Assembly (NCBI GenBank): GCA_030390025.1
Contig: JASTWF010000033.1
Coordinates: 994,001-1,058,000, forward strand
DNA length: 64,000 nt
Direction of reading: 5' to 3'
From: Squalus acanthias
Taxonomy: Eukaryota
Shown piece by piece: positions 12,530 through 23,742 of this stretch. Position 1 is the first letter of the stretch, and each line of letters begins with the position of its first letter. The notes below the pieces were generated by a model that was not told the DNA's origin, did not search any database, and saw only the letters and a list, made by a program, of their open reading frames with translations. The translations under genes were made by a program, and so were the position numbers.

Positions 12530-14833
12530 GTTTTTTTATTTGTTCATGGCATGTTGTTGTCGCTGTCAAGGCCAGCCTTTATTGCCCATCCCTTATTGCC
12601 CTTGAGAATTTGGTGGTGAGCCGCCTTCTTAAACCACTGCAGTCCATTTGTTGAAAGTCATCCCACAGTGCTGTAGGGGAGGGATTTCCATGATTTTGAC
12701 TGAACGACGACGAAGGAACGGTGATATATTTCGAAGTCTGGATGGTGTGTAACTTGGAGGGGAACTTGCAGGTGGTCGTTTTCCCAATAAGCCTGCTGCC
12801 CTTGTTCTTCCAGGCGGCAGAGGTTGCATGTTTGGGAGGTGCTTTCGAAGAAACTTGGCGAGTTGCTGCATTACATCTTGTAGATGGTACATACTGCAGT
12901 CACAATGCACCGGTGGTGGACGGAGTGAATGGTTAAAGTGGTGGATCGGTGCCAATCAAGCGGACGGCTTTGTCCTGGATGGTGTTTAGCTTCTTGAGTG
13001 TTGTTGGAGCTGCACTCATCCAGGCAAGTGGCGAGTATTCCATCACACTCCTGAATTGTGCCTTGTAGATGGGAGAAAGGATCTGGGGAGTCAGCAGAGG
13101 GGATACTCGCCGCAGAATACCCGATCTCTGATCTGGTCTTGCAGCCATATTATTTATGTGGCTCATACTGTTAGGATTCTGGTCATTGGTGTCCCCTACG
13201 ATGTTTGTGGTGGGAGTTTCGATGATGGTAATTTCGTTGAATGTCAAGGGGAGGTGATAGCACTCTCTCTTTATGGAGTTTGTCATTTCCCGGCACATGT
13301 CTGTCAGCAATGGTTTCAGCCCAAGCCTGCAAGTTGTCCTGGTCTCGCTGCATGTGGGCTTCATTGTCCCAGGAACTGCGAATAGAACGGAACACTCTGC
13401 AAACAGCCACGAACATCCTGACTCTTCTGTTCTTATGATGGCCGGAACTTCAATGATGAAGCTGCTGAAGATGGTTGGGTCTCGGACACTGCCCTGAGGA
13501 AATCCTTCAGCGATGTTCTGGGGCTGATATGACTGACCTGCAACAATCTTCCTTTTTTTTAGGTATGACTCCAGCCAGTGAAGTCCTTTCCACCTGAACC
13601 CCATTTACATCAATTTTCCCAGTGCTGCTGGATGTCACACTCGGTCAAATGCTTGTTGATGTCCGGGGCAATCTCTGTTTCCTCACCTCTGGAGTTCTGA
13701 TCCTTTCTCCATTTTAGTACAAAGCTGTAATGAAAACTGGAGCCATGTGATCCTGGCTGAACAAAACTGAGCATCGGTTAGCAGGTTATTGATCAGCAAG
13801 GGTCGCTTGATAGAAATGACGACGACACCTTCCATCACTTTGTTGATAATTGAGAGTAAGGTGATGAGACGGTAATTGGCCGAATTTGATTTCTCCTGCT
13901 TTTTGTGGACAGGACATTCCGGGGTAATTGTTCACTATGTCGGTACATGCCAGTGATATAGTTGCACTGAAGCAGCTTGGCTAGAAGAGCAGCTAGATCT
14001 GGAGCAGAAATCTGCAGCACCACAGCCCGGAGGCTGTCGGGCCAATGCCTTTGCCGTATCCAGCGCGCTCAGTCGTTTTTTGATGTCACGTGGGGAGAAT
14101 CGAATTGGCTGAAACTGACATTGTCATGGTGGCGACCTCAGGAGCAGGCCGAGATAGATCATCCACTCGGCAATAATGGCTGAAGATGGTTGCGAGCGCT
14201 TCAGCCTTGTCTTTTACACTCCCATGCTTGGCTCCGTCATCATTAAGGATGGGGATATTAATGGACCCTCCTCCTCCTATTATTTGTTTAATTATTCACC
14301 ACCATTAACGACTGGATGTGGCAGGACTGCAGAACTTTATCTGATGCGTTAGGTGTGGGATCGCTGAGCTCTGTCTATAGCAGGGTGCTTCCATTGTTTA
14401 GCATGCATGTTGTCCTGTGTTTCAGCTTCCCCAGGTTGGAAGCTCATTTTTAAGATACGCCTGGTGCTGCTCCTGGCATGCTCTTCTACACTCTTCATTG
14501 AACCAGGGTTAGTCCCCTGGCTTGATGGCAACAGTAGACTGAGGGATATGCCGGACCATGAGGTTACATATTCAGTTGGAATGCAATTCTGCTGCTGCTG
14601 ATGGCCCACGCGCCTCACGGAGCCCGGCTTTGAGCTGCTAGATCTTTCCTGAATCTATCCCATTTAGCACGGGATTCCATTTCCACAAGGACTGTGCCCT
14701 TTCACTGCTAGCAATGCTGTCATGGTCAGATGCATCTGCAACAGGTAGATGGCGAGGACGAGGTCAAGTAGTTTTTACCCTCGTGATTGTTCTCTCACCA
14801 ACTGTCAAAAGCCCAGTCCGGCAGCCAACGTCC
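12530..14833 (-). mobile_element. Degraded CR1/L2-group LINE ORF2 (end of endonuclease through RT to 3' tail)
   Basis: ORF remnants FPQGSVRDPTIF and IYKAQFRSVMEYSPLAW; T-run tail at ~12530. Confidence 0.85.
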
Positions 14834-14834
14834 A

Positions 14835-15511
14835 AGGTTCCTCCATCACTATCTCTGGATATGTGCTGTCCCACCACCAGGACAGACCTCCAAGAGGTGC
14901 CAGCACAGTGGTATACAGTCGTGAAGGTGTGGTACTGTGAGTATTCTACATTTACTTCGGAGCTCATGAAGTCTCATGCCATCAGGTCATACATGGGCAA
15001 GGGAACCTCATGCTGATTATCACCTACCGACCTCCGTCAGTGAGGAAGAAGTACTCTTTCATGTTGAACACCACTTGGAAGAAGCACTGATGTTAGCAAT
15101 GACACAGAATGTTCTCTGGGAGGCGGACTCAAATGCCCAAAACTGTCTCAGTAGCCCCACTACTGAACGAGTTGGCCGACTCCAGAAGGACATCGCTGCC
15201 AGACTGGGCTTGGGGAAGGTGGTGAGAGAAACAACAACGGGGGAAAACCTACTTGACTTCGTCCTCAACAATCTACCTGTCGCAAAGGCATCTGTCCATG
15301 GCAGTATATTTAGGAGTGACCACCGCACAGTTCTTGTTGAGACGAAGTGACGTCTATACACTGCGGAGAACCTCCAACGTGTTGTGTGGCACTACCACCT
15401 TGCTCAATGATTCAGAACAGATTTAGCAGCTCAAAACTTAGCATCTACGAGGCGTTGTGGGCCATCAGCAGCAACAAAATTGTATGCCACCACAATCTGT
15501 AAAGTCATGGT
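14835..15511 (+). mobile_element. Same-family LINE, APE endonuclease segment (5' part of a split copy)
   Basis: ORF 14976..15350 contains GENLLDFVL..SDHRTVLV. Inverted homology to ~14600-14833. Confidence 0.75.
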
Positions 15512-15579
15512 GCAAGAATATCATGCATTAATTGGATTTTAGAATATTGTTATAATATCTTATAATAATGAATATCTGT

Positions 15580-16585
15580 AATCATAGAATCATAGAATGG
15601 TTACAGCACAGAAGGAGGCCATTCGGCCCATCGAGCCCGTGCTGGCTCTATGCAAGCACACTTCAGCTAGTTCCACTCGTCCGCCCTTTCCCCGTAGGCC
15701 AGCAATTTTTTCCTTCAGGTACTTTTCCAATTCCATTTTGAAAGGCCCGATTGAATCTGCCTTTCAGGCAGTGCATTCCATATCCTAACCACTCGCTGCA
15801 TAAAAAAGTTATTTCTCATATCGCTTTTCGTTGTTTTGCCAATCACCTTAAATCCGTGTCTTCTGGTTCTCGAAGCTTTTGCCAATGGGAACAGTTTCTC
15901 TCTATCTACTCTGTCTAGACCCCTCATGATTTTCAATATATCTATCAAATCTCCTTTCAACCTTCTCTGCTCTAAGGAGAACAACCTCAGCTTTTCTAGT
16001 CTATCCACGTAAATGAAGTTCCTCGTCACTGGAATCATGCTTGGAAATCTGTTCTGCATCGTCTCTAAGGCCTGCACATCCTTGCTAAAGTGCGGCGCCC
16101 AGAATTTGACACAATACTCCAGTTCATGCCGAACCAATGTTTTATAAAGGTTCATTATTACTTCCTTGCTTTTGTACTCTATGCCTCTATTTATGAAGCC
16201 CAGTATCCCGTATGTTATTTTAACCGCTTTCTCAACCTGCCCTGCCACCTTCAACGATTTGTGCACATATACCCTCAGGTCTCTCTATTCATGCCCTCAC
16301 TTTCGAATTGTACCCTTTAGTTTATATTGCATCTGCTCGTTCTTCTTACCAAAATGTATCACTTCGCACTTTTCTGCGTTAAATTTCATCTGCCACGTGT
16401 CCGCCCATTTCACCAGCCTGTCTATGTCTGTTTGAAGTCCAGCACTATCCTCCTCACTGTTCAGTAAACTTGCAGGTTTTGTGTCATCTGCAAATTTTAA
16501 AATTGTTCCCTGTATACCCAAGTCCAAGTCATTAATATATATCAGGAAAAGCAGTGGTCCTAGTACCGACTTCTGGGGAATACAT
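15580..16585 (-). mobile_element. CR1 LINE 3' fragment
   Basis: (ATCATAGA)n tail; ORF remnants SVLGPLLFLIYINDL, FADD and LYKTLVRHELEYC. Confidence 0.9.
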
Positions 16586-19500
16586 ATAATCATAGAAAGT
16601 CACAGCATGGAAGGAGGACATTTCTGCCCATCGTGTCCACGCCGGCCAACAAAGAGCTCACCAGATTAATCCCACTTCCTAGCTCTTGGTCCGTAGCCCT
16701 ACAGTTTAAGGCATCCCAAGTGCACATTCAAGTACTTTTTAAATGCCGTTATGGTTTTTGCCTCTACCACCTTTTCAGGCGGTGAGTTCCAGACCCCCAC
16801 AAACCACTGGGTGAATAAATTCCCCCTCAAATCCTCTCTAAACCTTCCACCAATTACCTTTCTATCCACTTTATCAAGGCCCCTCTTAATTGTATACACT
16901 TCAATAAGGTCTCCCCTCAGCCTCCTCTGTTCCAAGGAAAACAAACCCAGCCCATCCAATCTTTTCTCATAGCTAAGATTCTCTACTCCCGGCAACATCC
17001 TTGTAAATCTCCTCTGTACCCTCTCCAGTGCAATCACATATTTCCTGTAATGTGGTGACCAGAACTACACGCATAACTCTAGCTGAGGCCTAACTAGTGT
17101 TTTATACAGATGAAGCATAACCCCCCTGCTCTTGTATTCTATGCCACGGCGAATAAAGGCAATCATACCGTATGCCTTCTTAACCACCTTTTCTACTTGG
17201 CCTGCTACCTTCAGGGATCTGTGGACATGCACTCCAAGGTCCCTTTGTTCCACTACACTACTCAGTGTCCTTCCATTTAATGTGCATTCACTTTCCTTGT
17301 TCGCCCTCCCCAAATGCATAACCTCACATTTCTACGGATTAAATTCCATTTGCCATTGTTCTGCCCACCTGAACAATTGATTGATATCTTCCTGCAGTCT
17401 ACAGCTTCCTTCTTCAGTATCAACCACACAGCCGATTTTAGATCCTTCTGCAAACTTCTTAATCATACCCCCTATATTCAAGTCTAGATCATTGATATAT
17501 ACCACAAAAACAAGGGACCTATGACTGAGCCCTGTGGAACCCCACTGGAAACTGCCTTCTAGTCACAAAAACACCCATCAACCATTACCCTCTGCTTCCT
17601 GCATCCGTGCTAGTTTTGAATCCAACTTGACATTTCGCCCTGGATCCCATGGGCTTTTAACTTTGTGACCAGTCTGCCATGTGGAACCTTATCAAAAGCA
17701 TTGCTAAAATCCATATACAATACATCCAACGCACTACTCTCATCTACCCACCTTGTTATTTCCTCAAAAAATGCAATCAAGTTTGTCAGACACGACCTCC
17801 CCTTAACAAATCCGTGCCGACTATCCTTGATTAATCCGTGTCTTTCTAAATGAAGATTTATCCTGCCCTTCAGAATTCCTTCCAATAATTTTCCCACCAC
17901 CGAGGTTAGGCTGACTGGCCTGTAATTACTCGGTATATCTTTTTCTCCGTTTTTAAGCACAGGTACCACATTAGCAGTCCTCCGGCATCACACCTGAATC
18001 CAGAGAGGGTTGGAAAATGATGGTCAGGGCCTCTGCTATTTCCTCTTTTGCTTCGCTTAACAGCCTGGGATACATTTCATGCGGGACTGGGGATTTATCC
18101 ATTTTAAAACCTGCTAAACCCCTTAATACTTCCTCTGTCACAATGTATATTTCATCTATTATTCCGCACTCCTCCCCCCTGATAGCAATGTCTGCTTCAC
18201 CTCTCTCCTTTGTGAAAACAGGCGCAAAGTATTCATTCAGAACCCTACTGACGTCTCCCGCCTCTACACACAGATTACCCTCATTATCTCTAATAGGCCC
18301 TACCCTTTATTTAGTCATGCTCTTACTCTTAGTATATTTATAAAACATCTTTTCGTTTTCCTTCATTTTAATGGCCAAGAATTTTTCATGCTCTCTCTTT
18401 GCTTTCCTAATATCGTTTGTATTGCAACCTGCACTTTCTGTACTCCTCTAAAGATTCTGGAGTATTTAGCACTCGTTATCTGTCATAGCCTCCCTTATTT
18501 TCTTTATCCTACCCTGTATGTCCCTAGACATCCAGGAGGCTCTAGATTTGTTAGCCCCACCTTTTTTCTTTAAGGGCACAGATTTGGTCTGAACCCTCCG
18601 GATCTCATCCTTGAATGCCTCCCACTGCTCTGACACTGATTTACCTTCACGTAGCTCTTTCCAGTCCACTATGGCTAAATCCCCTCTGAGCGTAGCAAAA
18701 TTTGCTTTTTCCCAATTGGGAATTTTTATTCCTGATCTATATATGTCGTTTTCCATAACTACCTTAAATCTAACAGAACTATGGTCACTAGCACCAAAAT
18801 GCTCCCCCATTGATACGCCTTCTAACTGTCGGGCTTCATTCCCTAAAACTAAGTCCAGAACCGCCCCCTCCTGGCTAAAAAAAGTTCTCCTGGATGCATT
18901 TTAGGAATTCCGCAACCTCTATACCCTTCACACTAATGTTATTCCAATTAATACTGGGTTAGTTTAAATCCCCCTCTATTACAGCCCTTTAGTTTTTGCA
19001 TTTCTCAGAAATGCGTCTACATATGTTTTCTTCTATCTCCCTCTCACTCTTTGGGGGTCTGTAGTACACTCCCAGCTGTGTGATTGCCCATTTTTTCTTT
19101 TCCAATTCAATTATGGCCTCGTTTGATGATCCCGGCAACATATCATCGCTCCTCACAGCTGTAGTAGTTTCTTCAATCAATAACACGTCCGCCCATCCCA
19201 ATTTTCCTCCCTCTCTATCCTGTCTGAAAATCCTGTAACCAGGAATGTTGAGCTGCCATACCTGTCCCTCTTTCAGCCACGTCTCTGTAATAGCTATAAT
19301 ATCATAGTCCTAAGTATCTACCTGTGCCCTCAGCTCATCTGCCTTGTTCACTATACTCCTTGCATTGAAGTATAAACAATTTAGTACAGGCAAACCTCCT
19401 TGTTGACTACTATCTAGCCCTTGATTCCTCTGTCCTTCCAATTTACTTTCTAGGTTTATGTTTTCATATTCCAGTTCTTCTTCCCTCCCTCCTGACTCTA

Positions 19501-20620
19501 TTCTTAGGTTCCCAGCCACCTGCCAAGCTAGATTAATCCCTCCCCAACAGCACTAGCAAACCCATCCACGCGGATATTGGTCCCGTACTCGTTGAGGTGC
19601 ATCCCGTCTGACTTGTAGAGGTTCCAACTCCCCTAGAAACGGTCCCAATTCCTCAGGAATCTAAATCCCTCCCTCCTACACCATCTCTCCAGCCACACAT
19701 TAATCTGCTCTATATTCCGATTTCTGTATTACTAGCACGTGGCACTGGTAGTAATCCAGAGATTAATACCTTTGAGGTCCTGCTTTATAACCACTTTCCA
19801 ACTCCCTAAACTTTGCCTGCAGGACCTCATCCCTCTTCCTACCTATGTCGTTGGTACCGATATGGACCACGACCTCTGGCTGTTCACCTTCCCCCCTCAG
19901 AATGCCTTGCAGACTTTCAGTGACATCCTTGACCCTGGAACCAGAGAGGCAACATACCATCCTGGATTCACGTCTGTGGCCGCAGAAACGCCTGTCTGCT
20001 CCCCTAACTATTGAATCCCCTATCACTATTGCTCTCCCTCTCCTCTTCGCTCCCCCCCCACCCCCCGCGTGCAGCTGAGCCTTTCTTGGTGCTGTGGACT
20101 TGGCTGTGGCTGCAATCCCCAGAGAAAGCAAACACCCTCACCAGTACCAGCACCGAATACTGGTTGTTGAGCAAGATGGGCTCAGGGGACTCCTGCACTA
20201 CCTGCCTGGTCCTCCTCTTCTGTCTGACAGTCAACCATTCCTTCTCTGCCTGTACACTCTTAAGCTGCGGGGTGACCACCTCCCGAAACGTGTTATCCAC
20301 ATAGCTCTCGGCCTCGCGGATGCACAACAGTGACTGCAGCCGCCGCTCCAGCTCGAGCTGCTGTAGCTGGCGACACTTCCCGCACATGTGGTCGTCCAGA
20401 CCGCGGGAGGTGTCAGGACTTCCCACATGGCACAGGATGTGCATTCCACGGGTGTCAGCTGCCTGCCATACCTCTAATTAACATACTATTTACTAACCTA
20501 GCTGGAATAAACTTAAAAGATTTCAGAAAGCCAAGTATAAATACTTATCAGATACTCATCAATCAGCTCTCACCCCTTGTGCCGACGTAACTTTTGAATT
20601 CTGACATCACGCTTTGAAAA
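16586..20620 (-). mobile_element. Near-full-length degraded CR1 LINE: ORF1 (Zn-finger plus SGNH esterase) and ORF2 (APE-RT)
   Basis: ORF1 remnants CTSCAMWEV..CGKC, IVIGDSIVRG and VVHIGTND. ORF2 remnants [31 protein letters not shown] and YMDFSNAFD. Confidence 0.92.
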
Positions 20621-20639
20621 TTCTGCCGGTGCTGAGTTG

Positions 20640-20968
20640 GTACGGCCGCTGCCGCCTCGCCGCTCCTCCCAGGTCTGCACTGCCGCTGCTGCTGCTGTGG
20701 GGCCTACCTGCGCTTTGGGCTCACGTTATACCACCGCTGCCGCCTCGCCGCTCATCCCAGGTCCGCACTGCCGCCGCTGCTGCGGCTGTGGGGCCTACCT
20801 GTGGCTCAGGCTTACTTTATACAGCCACTGCCGCCACGCCGCTCCTCCCAGGTGCGCACTGCAGCCGCTGCTGCGGATGTGGGCCCTACCTGTGGCTCAG
20901 GCTTACTTTATACAGCCACTGCCGCCACGCCGCTCCTCCCAGGTGCGCACTGCAGCCGCTGCTGCTGC
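20640..20968. repeat. GC-rich ~91-bp tandem repeat (~3.5 copies)
   Basis: ACAGCCACTGCCGCCACGCC recurs at 20821 and 20912, with more diverged copies upstream. Confidence 0.85.
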
Positions 20969-21546
20969 ATAAGTTATACACCACTGTATAACTTCCTCCA
21001 GTCCAAATCATCTGTAATGATTTTACAATCGTGTGTAAGAATTAAATGTAGGCAGCTGTTATCATCAATTTTATGCAATGGTAACCTAAATTATATATGA
21101 TATGTACTCCTTTTGCTTATAATTAAAACTCTGTGATTTAGCTGTAACCTGACAGCCTGGGTGAGAAAGAGGATTGCTATAGCCGAATAGGGAGGCTGTG
21201 GGTGCAAGGTGGATATTAGCCACAGTAAGGATGAGACATAGAGAGCAGCTGGCCTGGGAAGCAAGGTCAGGTGTAGCTGCCACTGTGCTGGGATGTTATG
21301 ATGTCTGCGGTGAAATTAAAACATAAACCTTTCACAGAAACAGCAAGGACCCCATATCTCTTCCCCCTGGAGACATGTTCCGTTGTGTTGCCATAACTAC
21401 CCCAAATATGAGTCTTGATGGTCAAAAACAGATGATGTGTTCATAATATTAGAACCTGCGTAAGCCAAGTTGCTGCGAACGTGGCATTTCTGTGATTGGA
21501 TTTGGGGGTTTGGATGTCAGCCAAAGATTGGTTCAGTAAAACTCCA

Positions 21547-21732
21547 TGGACAAGAATTCGTCTCGGACGGTGGCGAGAAACGGGCGCGATCGGATCGGTG
21601 GCCAGTTATACGCAGCGCCTGATATTCAGTTCTATTGCTGTCAATGGATCTGAATATCGGGCGCTGCTGATAACGGGCGGCCGATCCGATACAGCCTTTT
21701 TTTCGTCACTGCCCGAGACGAATATCTAGCCA
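21547..21732. mobile_element. Palindromic MITE-like element
   Basis: The two arms are reverse-complementary over ~90 bp (ATTCGTCTCGG/CCGAGACGAAT, ATCGGATCGG/CCGATCCGAT, GATATTCAG/CTGAATATC). Confidence 0.8.
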
Positions 21733-22049
21733 AAAAGGTTTTGAATAAGAGTATGGGTATATCAAGGGGATCTTAACAGCCACAAATTTTAGACGATTTC
21801 AGGAATATTCCAAGAGAAACCTGGGAGACAAAGAGAGAAGAGAGACCAGAGACACAGGGTGCAGCTTCATCACGGTTGCGCTTCTGCCCATAGGATACGG
21901 GGTAATATAAGTCTCAAGTGTCCTCTGTAAACTGCTGCTCGAATACTGTAATGTATAAAGTCTTGTTTGTGCTGCATAAAGATAAATTACTGTCCACAGT
22001 ACGGTTCATCCTCGAATCATTTGTAACCAGGGTCGCTCTGCGAACTTAT

Positions 22050-22920
22050 CGGCATATCAATCACTCTGCCAGGGGAACATCCCTGGTTCAATGAAGAGTG
22101 TAGAAGAGCAGGCAAGGAACATCACCAGACGTACCTAAAATGTGATGCCAATCTGGTGAATTTAAAACACAGGACTACATGCATGCTAAATAGCGATGCA
22201 ACATGCTACAGAGTGAGCTAAGCGACCCCACAACCAATGGATCAGATCAAAGCTCTGCAGTCCTGCTACATCCAGTCATGAATGATGGTGCACCATTAAA
22301 CAACTAATCGGAGTAGGAGGCTCCATGAACATCCCCATCCTCAATGATGGCAGAGCCCAGCACGTGAGTGCAAAAGACAATGCTGAAGAGTTTGCAACCA
22401 TCTTCAGACAGAAATGCCGTGCGGATGATCCATCTCGGCCTCCTCCTTAGGTCCCCAGCATTACAAAGTCAGTTTTCAGCAAATTAGATTCACTCCTCGT
22501 GATATCAAGCAAGGGCTCAGCACACTGGATAAATTATAGTCTATGGGCACCGACAACAACCCGGCTGTAGTTCTGAAGACTTGTGATCCAGAACTAGCTA
22601 CGCCTCTAGCCAAGCTGTTCCAGTGCAGCTACAACAACAGCATATACTCGACAAAGTGGAAACTTGTCCAGGTATGCTCTGTCCACAAAAAGCAGGACAA
22701 ATCCTACTCGCCCCTTCAGTCTACTCTCAATCATCAGCAGAATGATGGAAGGTGTCGCCGACAGTGCGATCAAGCAGTGCTTACTCACCAATAAGCTGCT
22801 CACCAATGCTCAGTTTGGGATCCGCCAGGTCCATTCGGCTCTAGACCTCATTACAGCCTTGGACCAAACATGAAAAAAGACCTGAATTCAATAGATGAGG
22901 TGAGAGTGCATGCCCTTGGC
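22050..22920 (+). mobile_element. CR1/L2-group LINE, continuation of the copy broken at 15511
   Basis: Resumes at CGGCATATC..CCAGGGGA..CCCTGGTTCAATGAAGAGTG. ORF remnants PELATPLAKLFQCSY and SLLSIISRMMEGV. Confidence 0.75.
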
Positions 22921-23379
22921 AGCGTTTATCAGCCCAGGTCTGAATCTTGTTCACTCTTCCCCCTATCCAAAACCATGTGAGTTCTTGTGAGAGAAGATTA
23001 CCCATATAGAAACCCAGACCAATTTGGGGAGAAAATTCCTCTCCAACCAATCTAGGCGATTGAAACTAATCCAGGTGATCCCTCCGATCCTGGATTTGGC
23101 ACAACCTCCCTTTTGTAAACCCCAGACAGAAACAGGTCCAGGTCTCTCGAGGAAAATCAGAGAGTCGCCGTCCACCACAGGAGAGAGTAGCCTGTTCGAG
23201 AGGTCCTCTATTCTCTGGGGAAATAAATACTTCCACAAGGATCTGGACAAGGCAAGGATCAGCTCAAATGCCAAATCTGCGACTTGCTAAAATCAAACAA
23301 TGAACTTCTACCTCACCGGTGGTAATGAAATAACATGGGTACAAATAGCAAGATTTACACCGATTTTAAAGTTAATGCT

Positions 23380-23735
23380 TCAGATGTGGCCGTCGCTGCG
23401 AAGGCCAGTAATGATCGTCCTTTCATAGTTGCCCTTGAGAAGGTGCTGCGAGCTGTCTTCTTGAACTACTGGTGAAGGTGCTCTCTCAGTGTTGTTAAGT
23501 ACGGATTTCCATGATTTTGATCCAGTAACGGTGATAGATGTCCAAGTCACTATATTGTGTTCTTGAAGGGGAACCTGGACGTGATAGTGTTCCCATGCTG
23601 TATGCTGTCCTTCTACTGGGCAGTAATGATCGCGGGTTTCGGAGATGCTTTGCAAGAAGACTTGGCGAGTTGAAGCAATTCCTTCTGGAATTAGTCCACA
23701 ATGCGGAGACGGTGCGCCAGTGATGGAGGGTGTGG
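23380..23735 (-). mobile_element. 3' fragment of the same LINE family
   Basis: Reverse-complement homology to 7222-7560 (TGSKSWKSV..QHLLKGN). Confidence 0.75.
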
Positions 23736-23742
23736 CTCTTTA

